Positions 9,321 through 17,616 of a stretch of 64,000 nucleotides of DNA are shown piece by piece. Origin of the DNA: an uncultured Candidatus Saccharibacteria bacterium (GTDB taxonomy: Bacteria > Patescibacteriota > Dojkabacteria > SC72 > WJKH01); NCBI GenBank assembly GCA_964602665.1, contig CAZRRH010000003.1, forward strand, positions 66,963-130,962. Direction: 5' to 3'. A model generated the notes under the pieces. That model worked only from the letters and a program-made list of their open reading frames with translations. It made no database searches and had not been told where the DNA came from. A program made the translations under genes and the position numbers. Within the stretch, counting starts at the first letter, position 1, and every line of letters begins with the position of its first letter.

Positions 9321-9680
9321 GTGCGTGGATTCTACCATTTCAATCCCCAAGACGGGCAATGGATAGTAGAGAAGGCTTGATTATCAGTCCGTTCCACTAC
9401 ACCCTGTGAGACATTTTTGGTTTTTACAGGGTATTATTATTCAACAAACCTTTTCTGTCGCAATACAGATCAGTTTTGTGGTGTGTCAGATGATTTTCAT
9501 CTGAACAAAGTCAGTGGAAAACAATGTTGTGTTCTGGTCCTCCTCGGAGGTGTCCAACAATCCTACAAACGCATGGAACGTAAACCTGAACAACGGCAAC
9601 ACGAACAACAACAATAAGACAAATACAAACGCTGTGCGTTGTGTTTCTCGGGACTTATTTTCAAGCCTATACGCTTTTTT
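9321..9680 (+). ncRNA. Putative stand-alone structured DGR template RNA
   Basis: Own promoter; seven mutually nested helices found by eye, including 9373-9390 pairing with 9651-9668; ends in T6 at 9675-9680. Confidence 0.65.
9532..9655 (+). repeat. DGR template repeat (TR)
   Basis: A-rich copy of the VR with 14 AAY codons in the VR frame and an invariant, A-poor 3' end GCTGTGCGTTGTGTTTCTCGGGACT. Confidence 0.97.
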
Positions 9681-10029
9681 GTTTCTGAGCCCATGTATAC
9701 CACCCGTAAAGCATTTTGGCGATCTCTTCGTTTTGAGACATTATGTAAGTGTATTGTTTATGAGTGATAAGTTTTAGTTCATGAGCCATACGCAGTCTTG
9801 ATTTCAGTTTGTCAAATGAAGCTGAGGTATTGCGAATGGTCTTAGTTTTCTCAATGTTTGACAGGACATTAGTTGAAATAATCCCATCGAGTACATCCCA
9901 TGTACATTTAAGAATATCTTGTCCAAGTGTGTACTTGTATTCCTTCCTGAAGTTTTTCACAAGTAGATACAAATATTTCAAAAGCTTGTACACGGCTATA
10001 TATAAGGGGAGTTCATCTAAATTGCTCAT
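9667..10029 (-). CDS. avd: DGR accessory variability determinant (Avd-like four-helix bundle)
   Basis: 120-aa basic protein: LPLY...FRKEYKYTLGQDI...LRMAHELKLI...EIAKMLYGW; overlaps the RT stop by 4 bp. Confidence 0.88.
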   Translation of the reverse strand: MSNLDELPLYIAVYKLLKYLYLLVKNFRKEYKYTLGQDILKCTWDVLDGIISTNVLSNIEKTKTIRNTSASFDKLKSRLRMAHELKLITHKQYTYIMSQNEEIAKMLYGWYTWAQKQKSV

Positions 10030-11228
10030 TTTTGTTTTTTAACTAAAATAAAATATGAAAAATTGTCATCTATTGGAACCAAGTAATTTTTCAAAGTTCC
10101 AAAATGATTTTCATACAGATCTCTACGAAGATTGAAGCAGTTTGCATGTTTAAAATGTCCGTAGTAAGAATTAACCATAGCTAACATCTTTTTAAGCTCC
10201 TTTTCTGTCGGAGGAGTAGATAATGGTAATGCCATCTGTTTTTGATTTTGGGAAACAAGTAGTTTTCCTTTATTGAAATAGTGAAGCTTTGTTTTGAGGT
10301 TTTGAACAACACGCTTTCGAGCAAGTGCATATTTAGGCTTAACTATATAACCAATGAAATCTATTCCCGAATAAACGGAGTTGTATTTATCTTTGTTCGG
10401 ATGAAGTGTCAGTTTTAGTCTTTTCTGCAAAAATGTGTCAATTTGGTCTCTCCATGATTTGATCTTATCAAGATCATTTGAAAGAATGATAAAATCATCG
10501 ACATATCGGACGTAATATTTGATTTTCAATTCACGTTTTATAAATTGATCGAGCTCATTCAAGTACACATTAGCAAAAAACTGAGAAGTAAGATTCCCTA
10601 TAGGAAGCCCCTTGTCTTTCCCAGCATTAAAAAGCGTTTTGTGGGGCGGTATCTGTTTTAAAAGTGCCTGATCGCCTTTAAAGTAGAAATTCTTAGTTGG
10701 ATTATGATTAATAATTATTTGGGTAAGCCAGATTAAATCAGCTTGTTTTTTGATAGGAAAATTTCTCATAATATATCTGATTATGATTTTTTTCAAAATA
10801 TCCTTGTCAATGCTTGCAAAAAAGCTTCTGATATCAAACTGACCGTAGTAAGCTGTGATCGTGTTGTTTTTAGTTGCAGAGCGGATCATTTTTTGAGTAT
10901 AGGTAATTGCTAATTGTAAGCCTTTCATTTTTCTACAGGCAAAAGAAGCATATATAAAACTTTTTTCAAAATATGGCTCTAGGGTAGAAACCAACAAGTG
11001 ATGAACAATCCGGTCTCTAAAGTCAGCTGCAAAAACTTCTCTCAATTTGGGGTATGTGACAACAAAACAAATAGATCTATCAGGTTTATATGTTCTATCT
11101 TGCAGTTCTTCAAAAAGCTTCAGTAAATTTGACTCGAATTTCATTTCGAACCTAAGGGCGTTGATAGTAGTTCTTTTATTCTTTCTGCATGAGTAATATG
11201 CTTTTAGTAAATTTTCGAGTGTAAACAT
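10026..11228 (-). CDS. DGR reverse transcriptase
   Basis: REVFAADFRDRIVHH, GLPIGNLTSQFFANVYLNELDQF (DGR-type SQ motif) and YVRYVDDF; 400 aa with no obvious endonuclease domain. Confidence 0.96.
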   Translation of the reverse strand: MFTLENLLKAYYSCRKNKRTTINALRFEMKFESNLLKLFEELQDRTYKPDRSICFVVTYPKLREVFAADFRDRIVHHLLVSTLEPYFEKSFIYASFACRKMKGLQLAITYTQKMIRSATKNNTITAYYGQFDIRSFFASIDKDILKKIIIRYIMRNFPIKKQADLIWLTQIIINHNPTKNFYFKGDQALLKQIPPHKTLFNAGKDKGLPIGNLTSQFFANVYLNELDQFIKRELKIKYYVRYVDDFIILSNDLDKIKSWRDQIDTFLQKRLKLTLHPNKDKYNSVYSGIDFIGYIVKPKYALARKRVVQNLKTKLHYFNKGKLLVSQNQKQMALPLSTPPTEKELKKMLAMVNSYYGHFKHANCFNLRRDLYENHFGTLKNYLVPIDDNFSYFILVKKQK

Positions 11229-11512
11229 AGAATAATCTTTGAATGATTATTTTTCTAATTGATATTACCATTAAACTGATTGTTATGAAATGGCTTTTTA
11301 TTATTTTGTTTTTGCACATCATGTTTTTATTATTGCGATAAGCCTGAAGATAAAAATAAAGAGATCGAGCATAACATATAATTACATAAAAAATCTTTAC
11401 CAAGTAGTTTAGATTTTCTTCATTTATATCTTTTTAGCAAGCAGAATCGGCAATATGTATAGTTCATAGACAAAGATTGACATAATTAAAAAAATTAGCT
11501 ACAATGCTTAGT

Positions 11513-12676
11513 ATGAAAAAATTAACAAAAATTTATCTTTTTCTTTTAATATTTTTATTACTTCCTCCAATTGCCTTCGCTTCTTCACCAACCTATCTTG
11601 GAGGAACAGCCAATGTTCCAAGTACGGCGGGTTCGTTATATCTAAATACGAACAATGCATCAGTATCTTTAGATACTGAAACTGGAAATCTTTCAGGTTA
11701 TGGATGGTCAGATGATATTGGCTGGATTGATTTTGATAATGCAGGTGAAATTGCAACTTCAGCAAAAATAAACATGACAACAGGTATATTTGAGGGAAAG
11801 GCTGTAGCAGTAAATACAGGTAAATATCTTGATTTCTCCAATTATGGTAGCAATGTAAAACTGAATTTTGGCTTGAAAGAAATCACAGGTTATGGTTGGT
11901 CTGAAGATATTGGCTGGATAGATTTTAATGGAGTAATACTATATAGTGCAGATAGTGCAATTAAACCAGTTATAACTCAAATAGGGCTTATAAAAAGCAT
12001 TCCTGACAAAGATAAGCTTTACTACTATTTTACAGCAAATAGGGTTCGTATATGGGGAACCAGTGAAAAATATAGTGAAATCTTCTTTGCACATTCAAAT
12101 GGAACAACATACAAAACTCAGGCAGATATTGATGGTAAATTTTATATAGTAATTGATCTATTGAATGGAGAGAATGAATTAACATATTACAGTATTAATC
12201 TCGCATCAAATCGTTCAATAAATAAGATTTTAATATTAAATATTGATCCAACATACGGTTTAAAAACAGGAAATAATGGAGAACTAATACCGGAAGTTCA
12301 AATTGTAGAAAGTTCTGAGATAGAGACGGAAACTGTAAAGGAAAATTCTGAGGAAGTTACTCCGCCAATAGAAGCAAAGAAAATAAGGGTTATTGATTTA
12401 GATGGTAATCCGATAATAAATAAGCTAATAACGATAGAGGGAATAGATTACATCACTGATTCTTTTGGATACATCTATATAAACGAAGAGATAGTAGGAG
12501 ATTTTGTTCTTTACGACGGAAAATCTTATCCTATTAAGCTATCAGGAGAGGATCTAATTTTGGATTTATCAAGTCAGAAAGGAAGTTTTAACTATCTGTA
12601 CTGCTTTTTCCCTTTGATAGCTTTACTACTTATCGTTTTGACAGTGGTTATTGTCCGTAGAAAAAAGATATCATAA
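11513..12676 (+). CDS. Exported surface protein with two GYGWSxDIGWIDF repeats, Ig-like segment and C-terminal TM anchor
   Basis: Signal peptide (AFA-S), repeated motif, TM followed by RRKK. Start moved from 11504 to 11513 because TTGACA-17-TACAAT (11477-11505) overlaps the first ATG. Confidence 0.75.
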   Translation: MKKLTKIYLFLLIFLLLPPIAFASSPTYLGGTANVPSTAGSLYLNTNNASVSLDTETGNLSGYGWSDDIGWIDFDNAGEIATSAKINMTTGIFEGKAVAVNTGKYLDFSNYGSNVKLNFGLKEITGYGWSEDIGWIDFNGVILYSADSAIKPVITQIGLIKSIPDKDKLYYYFTANRVRIWGTSEKYSEIFFAHSNGTTYKTQADIDGKFYIVIDLLNGENELTYYSINLASNRSINKILILNIDPTYGLKTGNNGELIPEVQIVESSEIETETVKENSEEVTPPIEAKKIRVIDLDGNPIINKLITIEGIDYITDSFGYIYINEEIVGDFVLYDGKSYPIKLSGEDLILDLSSQKGSFNYLYCFFPLIALLLIVLTVVIVRRKKIS

Positions 12677-12749
12677 AAGATTTCACTTGCTTCTTGTAAG
12701 GTTAGATTTATTGTATAATTTACTCAATGTAATTTTTTTAAGGCCTAAT

Positions 12750-12857
12750 ATGCAAAATAAGCATTATTTAACGGCTGAAAAGATTAGAGAGATAAAGGCA
12801 GAGTTAACAATACTCAGAGTTAGTTTATCCAGTTTTTTATCCTGTGGGACAGGGTAG
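12750..12857 (+). pseudogene. GreA-like N-terminal remnant
   Basis: MQNKHYLTAEKIREIKAELTILR resembles the N-termini of both GreA-like genes in the window, then degenerates; 35 aa. Confidence 0.5.
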
Positions 12858-12920
12858 GAGAAATTTACCTTGTGCAATTAATAGAATAAGAAAGATTATA
12901 GAATATTAGATTCTTAGAAA

Positions 12921-14540
12921 CTATTTTTTTAATATCAAATATGCCTTTTGGGAATCTAGTTTAAAATCATTACCTGTAAAACCGTTATCTCTTTTTAGAA
13001 AACAAGAGAACTTGTTGTTTTTTAAATCACAAATCGTCGCAATATCATTATTCTCACTCGAATTAATGAAATCTTTTGCTGTCTTGTATTCTGTTATTCC
13101 AATTAAATTCCATCCTTTTTTCGCTGTACTAGTATCAAAATTAGAGAAATTACCAATTAATGAAATTTCTTTATCTGTTTTACTTTTAATATATACTCCA
13201 AATCCATTTGGTATTTCTAAATTGTTTTTATTAGATAAAAAAATCCATTGTCCTGAATCTAATGAACTAACAATTAAATCTTTATCATTAATTAATTGCT
13301 CTAAGGAGTAGTTTGGTAAATTTATTAAATTACCACCCTTTTTAATAGATATTTTATTAATATTAAAATACGGATTTTTATAAGAAGTAAAATTTCCTTT
13401 GATTGTAAAAAAAAGTTCTTTTGATGTTGGCTCTAACTTTTCTTTATTTATATCAACCCAGCGTTCAAAAACGACCTCGTTTTTCTTAACGTAACCAACA
13501 ATCATTGTTGATCGAATATCTAATGCTTCCCCATTTGTGGGAATAATGGCTTTTCGTATTTCCTCTTCTGATTCCAATCCATCGTAAGGAAGACCAGTTT
13601 CAGTAAACAAAGGAATTCCATCAACTACTTCTTTTTTGTCAAAATGTGTATGTCCACTAAACATTGCGACAAATTTATCGGAGCAATTTAAGGCCTGTAC
13701 AATGTTCACATCTCTGTGACCATCATGATTGAGTAAAACAGTTGGAAGATTACCTGTGTAACCACACACTTCTGATTTTAATTCATTAAATTTGTGTGGG
13801 ACCTCTATATTATTTGTTATGTCCCATCCGAATATAACAAATCTTATGCCTCCGCGTTCAATTGAATATACAGAAGACATTTCTTTTTCACTGCAATATT
13901 GTGTATTAATAATATCTTGATTAAACTCTTTGTAACCTGTTTTTTTTAATGCTGTTTCGTAGTTTATACTTTTGTAATTCTCTCCAAAATGTAGATCAAA
14001 GAAATCATTTGGTTCTCCCCAGTAAGTGTGAGCTCCGTTACATATGTCATTTCTTGTTCCGTCTAATAGCGTATATATATTTTCATAAGTATCAACGCCG
14101 TTTAAAGTATAAGGCCTTTCTAAGACTTTTTGTACATCGTGATTGCCTGGCACAAAATGAATTTCAGTAAAAGGAATTGATTTATCCATGCCTAATTGTC
14201 TATATTGTAAATCTATCATTCCTTTTAGTGGTTGATATCGATAATCAGATATTTTATTAAGATGTTGATTCCAGCCTGCATCACCAAGGTGTAATATGAG
14301 ATTAGGATTTTCATTTGCAATCATTTGAAAATATGAATCAAAAAAATGCTGATCTTTTGCATGGGTATCATTTATTATTACAAATGTCCATGGAGTAAAA
14401 TTTTCGGTTGCATCTGATTTTTGTTCTGAAATGTTTATTGTTTTGTATAAGTAAAAGCTTAAGAGAAAAGAAGAAATCAGAAAAACAACCATTAGTATTA
14501 TTTTAGTTTTATTTTTATGTGTTGAAACAAATTTTTTCAT
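12921..14540 (-). CDS. Membrane-anchored calcineurin-like metallophosphoesterase with C-terminal KGWNLxG module
   Basis: NDTH, HLGD, PGNHD, NH and SGHTH motifs; N-terminal TM helix. Confidence 0.85.
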   Translation of the reverse strand: MKKFVSTHKNKTKIILMVVFLISSFLLSFYLYKTINISEQKSDATENFTPWTFVIINDTHAKDQHFFDSYFQMIANENPNLILHLGDAGWNQHLNKISDYRYQPLKGMIDLQYRQLGMDKSIPFTEIHFVPGNHDVQKVLERPYTLNGVDTYENIYTLLDGTRNDICNGAHTYWGEPNDFFDLHFGENYKSINYETALKKTGYKEFNQDIINTQYCSEKEMSSVYSIERGGIRFVIFGWDITNNIEVPHKFNELKSEVCGYTGNLPTVLLNHDGHRDVNIVQALNCSDKFVAMFSGHTHFDKKEVVDGIPLFTETGLPYDGLESEEEIRKAIIPTNGEALDIRSTMIVGYVKKNEVVFERWVDINKEKLEPTSKELFFTIKGNFTSYKNPYFNINKISIKKGGNLINLPNYSLEQLINDKDLIVSSLDSGQWIFLSNKNNLEIPNGFGVYIKSKTDKEISLIGNFSNFDTSTAKKGWNLIGITEYKTAKDFINSSENNDIATICDLKNNKFSCFLKRDNGFTGNDFKLDSQKAYLILKK

Positions 14541-14556
14541 TGAGTTATTTTCTTAA

Positions 14557-15030
14557 TTAGTTGTTTTTTACTTGAGCCCAATTCTCTAAAAACTCTTGCA
14601 AAAAAACAGTCGCAGCGAGTGAATCAATCTTGGACTTGGAGCTTTTTTGGTTTTGACCCGAATCCTTTAAAAGTTCATAAGCGTTCTTCGTTGACATACT
14701 CTCATCATATTCAAAAACTGCAAGTCCAAAATGATCAGAAAGAGCCGATTTTAGAGATTCAAGCTCTTTTTTAAAAGAAACCTCTTTATTTGCTAGAGCA
14801 GAAGGATTACCAACTAAAAACGATTTAATTTGCCACTGATTCACATAGGGATCAAGGTGTGCGATCAAATTCTTGACACAGCTATCTTTTTTGATAGAAA
14901 TTACACCAACTGGGGTGGCTAATTTGCCGTTGAAATCAGAAACTGCAAGCCCAACTCTTTTTGTACCGTAATCGATTGCAAGAACAGGGAAGTCTAAGAT
15001 TTGTTTTTTTTTAGTTACTTTAATACTCAT
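14557..15030 (-). CDS. ruvX: YqgF/RuvX pre-16S rRNA nuclease
   Basis: LAIDYGTKRVGLAVSD, DESMST, IDSLAATVFLQ. Confidence 0.92.
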   Translation of the reverse strand: MSIKVTKKKQILDFPVLAIDYGTKRVGLAVSDFNGKLATPVGVISIKKDSCVKNLIAHLDPYVNQWQIKSFLVGNPSALANKEVSFKKELESLKSALSDHFGLAVFEYDESMSTKNAYELLKDSGQNQKSSKSKIDSLAATVFLQEFLENWAQVKNN

Positions 15031-15731
15031 TTTTTACCTGTTTCTAATTTCCTTTTAGTCTCTCTCAAAGCGATTTTAGGAAGAGAATTAATATTGGCAT
15101 CAAGATATTTTTTTACCTCTGCTTTATGATTCTTAATTAATCCGCGAAGTGCCCAAGAGACAGCTTTTGTGATCAAAACATCTTTTTCTAATTTGAGCTT
15201 ATCGATATTCGCAAATAGAGTGTCAGATAATCTTTTGTCTTCACTTCCTCTGACGGATTTAATTAAAAGAACAAGGGATGCTCTTCTTTTAGATATGTAC
15301 TTGCTCTTTACGAATTTATCAACTAATTTCTCCCATTCGCTCCATCTTGATAAAACCTCATCGTGCCCAAATGATGATTGGCATAAAGTGTCTATTTCGC
15401 ACCAGCCTTGTCTTTTCTCAAGCCATTTATCGAGCAGATTCACATCAATTTCCTTGCGATGACTTGGAAATGCAATTAAAAGAGATCCTACAAGCATTTT
15501 CTCCTCAAAAGATTCTCCATCATTTAGGCTGTTTAGTAATTCGTAAAAATCCTCTAAGGACATATCTTTATTGGCTTTTTTGAACTCTCGAATTAATAAT
15601 TTGCAAGAAGAGGAGGGGAGATTGTAGACTTTATTAGGTGTGCCAAGATATCTGTTAATATTTTTATATCCTGTTACGCTTTTGCTCGCTTTTTGAATCT
15701 TTTCTAATAACTCTTGATGTAATTTGTTCAT
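15027..15731 (-). CDS. DNA alkylation repair protein (AlkD-like HEAT repeat)
   Basis: GWCEIDTLC, KRRASLV, ITKAVSWALR. Confidence 0.8.
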   Translation of the reverse strand: MNKLHQELLEKIQKASKSVTGYKNINRYLGTPNKVYNLPSSSCKLLIREFKKANKDMSLEDFYELLNSLNDGESFEEKMLVGSLLIAFPSHRKEIDVNLLDKWLEKRQGWCEIDTLCQSSFGHDEVLSRWSEWEKLVDKFVKSKYISKRRASLVLLIKSVRGSEDKRLSDTLFANIDKLKLEKDVLITKAVSWALRGLIKNHKAEVKKYLDANINSLPKIALRETKRKLETGKK

Positions 15732-15734
15732 ATT

Positions 15735-17546
15735 TTAAGCTAAAACTGCTTTTATCCTTTTAACTCCTGCGCCGACATTCTCCTGCTTAAGGATTTTAAT
15801 TCCGCCAATCTCGCTTGTATTATTAACATGAGGTCCATTGCAAAATTCTGCAGAGTAGGGATTTGTTGGATCACCGATAAAATATACTTTAACAATATCG
15901 CCGTATTTCTCGTCAAAAACAGCTGTTGGGACAATTTTGCGTCCCTCTTCTTTTGGCATCTCTTTAAATGAAACTGGAAGAGCATTTTTTATTTGCAAAT
16001 TAATTTCATCTTCAACTTCTTTTATCTGTTCATCTGTTAGCTTGTTCTCATTTGGGAAGTCAAATCTTAGTCTTTCTGTTGTTATATTACTTCCTTTTTG
16101 ATAAACATGATCACCTAATGTTTTTCTTAGAGCAGCTAGTAATAGGTGAGTAGTTGTGTGATATTTCTTTGATGTGTCACTTGTATCTGCCAGACCACCT
16201 TTAAATAAGCCTTTTGATGCAGTGCGAGATAATTCTTGGTGCTCGGATTGTTTCGCATTAAATTTTTGAGCGATTTTATCTTTATCAATAGATATGGAGG
16301 CGTTATTTAGCTCCTCTATAAACATTTCAAAAGGAATTCCGTAGCTTTCATATAATTTAAAAGCAGTTTCTCCTGCACTATTTTCAATTTCTGAAGGAGA
16401 ATTTGTTTTTATGTACTTTTCGATTATTTTCAAACCATCTCTTAAGGTGTTTCTAAATTTTTTCTCTTCATTAGATATTATTGAAATTATTTCGTTCTCT
16501 TTCTCTTTTAATTTCGGATATAAATCTTTAAATTGCTCAATACAGATTTTTGCAACATCTTCTGTAAAAGATTTCTCTATCCCTAAAATATTGCCATATC
16601 TTACTGCTCTTCTAATTAATCTTCTCAAGATGTATGATTGTTGCGTTCTTCCTGGCGTGACGCCGTCCATGCAAAGCCAGGTTGCGCTTTTTATATGATC
16701 TACAACAACTCTCTCTGCCTTTTGATTTTTTATAGATGAAATTGATTGGACATATTTTAGAATTGGCAAGTAAATATCTGTGTCATAAAAGGATTTAACA
16801 TTCTGTGAATAAATAGTTAATCTTTCTAATCCTCCTCCAAAATCGACATTATGCCTTCCTAATGGTAAATATTTGCCGTCTTTGAGCAAATATTCCATAA
16901 AGACATTGTTGCCAAGCTCAACATATTTTCCGCAATCGCAGTTAATATGACAATCTTTGCCACAAGGCTCTTTGCCTGTATCGTAAAAAAGCTCGCTTGT
17001 TGGGCCACAAGGACCACCAGTTGCTAATCCCCACCAATTTTTTTTCTTGTCATAAGCTCGAATTCGCTCTCCATCTCCTTCTTTTGCATCAATTCCGTAT
17101 GAAGAAAAAATATTTTTGAGTATGTCTACCGATTCTGTGTCTTTTGGAGCGTCTTTATCTCCTTGGAATACCGTTGCATAAAGATTTTTTATATCATAGC
17201 CCAGATGTTTGATTAGAAATTCAAACCAATTTTCCAAAGCGTCTTTTTTAAAATAATCATTTAAAGACCAAGAGCCAATCATTTCAAAAGCTGTGCAGTG
17301 CGAATCGTCACCGACCTCTTCAATATCATCAGTTCTTAAGCATCGCTGAACATTTGTTAATCTTGTCCCCAATGGATGAGTTTCGCCTAGTAAAAACGGT
17401 ACCAGCGGAAACATTCCTGCTGTAACATAAAGTACAGAAGGATCATTCTCTGGCAATAGTGATACATTCTCAATTTTTTTGTGGCCCTTTTCGATCATGA
17501 ATTGAGTGTATGAATCTCTGATTTCTTTGTAGCTTAGTTTTTTCAT
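15735..17546 (-). CDS. alaS: Alanine--tRNA ligase (short form without C-Ala domain)
   Basis: DPSVLYVTAGM, HCTAFEMIGSWS, editing motifs HTTTHLL and FCNGPH; ends GVKRIKAVLA at 603 aa. Confidence 0.95.
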   Translation of the reverse strand: MKKLSYKEIRDSYTQFMIEKGHKKIENVSLLPENDPSVLYVTAGMFPLVPFLLGETHPLGTRLTNVQRCLRTDDIEEVGDDSHCTAFEMIGSWSLNDYFKKDALENWFEFLIKHLGYDIKNLYATVFQGDKDAPKDTESVDILKNIFSSYGIDAKEGDGERIRAYDKKKNWWGLATGGPCGPTSELFYDTGKEPCGKDCHINCDCGKYVELGNNVFMEYLLKDGKYLPLGRHNVDFGGGLERLTIYSQNVKSFYDTDIYLPILKYVQSISSIKNQKAERVVVDHIKSATWLCMDGVTPGRTQQSYILRRLIRRAVRYGNILGIEKSFTEDVAKICIEQFKDLYPKLKEKENEIISIISNEEKKFRNTLRDGLKIIEKYIKTNSPSEIENSAGETAFKLYESYGIPFEMFIEELNNASISIDKDKIAQKFNAKQSEHQELSRTASKGLFKGGLADTSDTSKKYHTTTHLLLAALRKTLGDHVYQKGSNITTERLRFDFPNENKLTDEQIKEVEDEINLQIKNALPVSFKEMPKEEGRKIVPTAVFDEKYGDIVKVYFIGDPTNPYSAEFCNGPHVNNTSEIGGIKILKQENVGAGVKRIKAVLA

Positions 17547-17616
17547 ATGTTTATTATACCATTGCTAAGAACAGAAAAAAAGGGTAGGAGAAAGGACTTG
17601 GATAGAAGATAAGAAA

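Larger units (their letters stand above)
8199..11228. mobile_element. Diversity-generating retroelement (target/VR, TR, avd, RT)
   Basis: VR/TR pair with adenine-only differences adjacent to an Avd-like gene and a DGR-type RT. Confidence 0.97.

Noticed and set aside
9417-9617. 66-aa ORF overlapping the TR
   Set aside because: Weak start, no motif, and it lies in the structured leader.
9514-9777. 87-aa Asn-rich ORF resembling the target C-terminus
   Set aside because: It is the TR read in the VR frame and it runs antisense into avd; an open frame is expected from AAY-rich TRs.
10026-11228. RT as a group II intron, retron or CRISPR-associated RT
   Set aside because: The SQ motif, adjacent avd and A-specific VR/TR pair identify a DGR; no cas genes or intron features were seen.
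11176-11403. 75-aa minus-strand ORF upstream of the RT as an extra DGR gene
   Set aside because: Low-complexity AT-rich sequence, out-of-frame overlap with the RT start, and no motif.
12851-17593. 13-bp direct repeat AGGGTAGGAGAAA at 12851 and 17581 as att or target-site duplication
   Set aside because: It encloses housekeeping genes (alaS, ruvX), there is no recombinase, and a 13-mer match can arise by chance in 64 kb.
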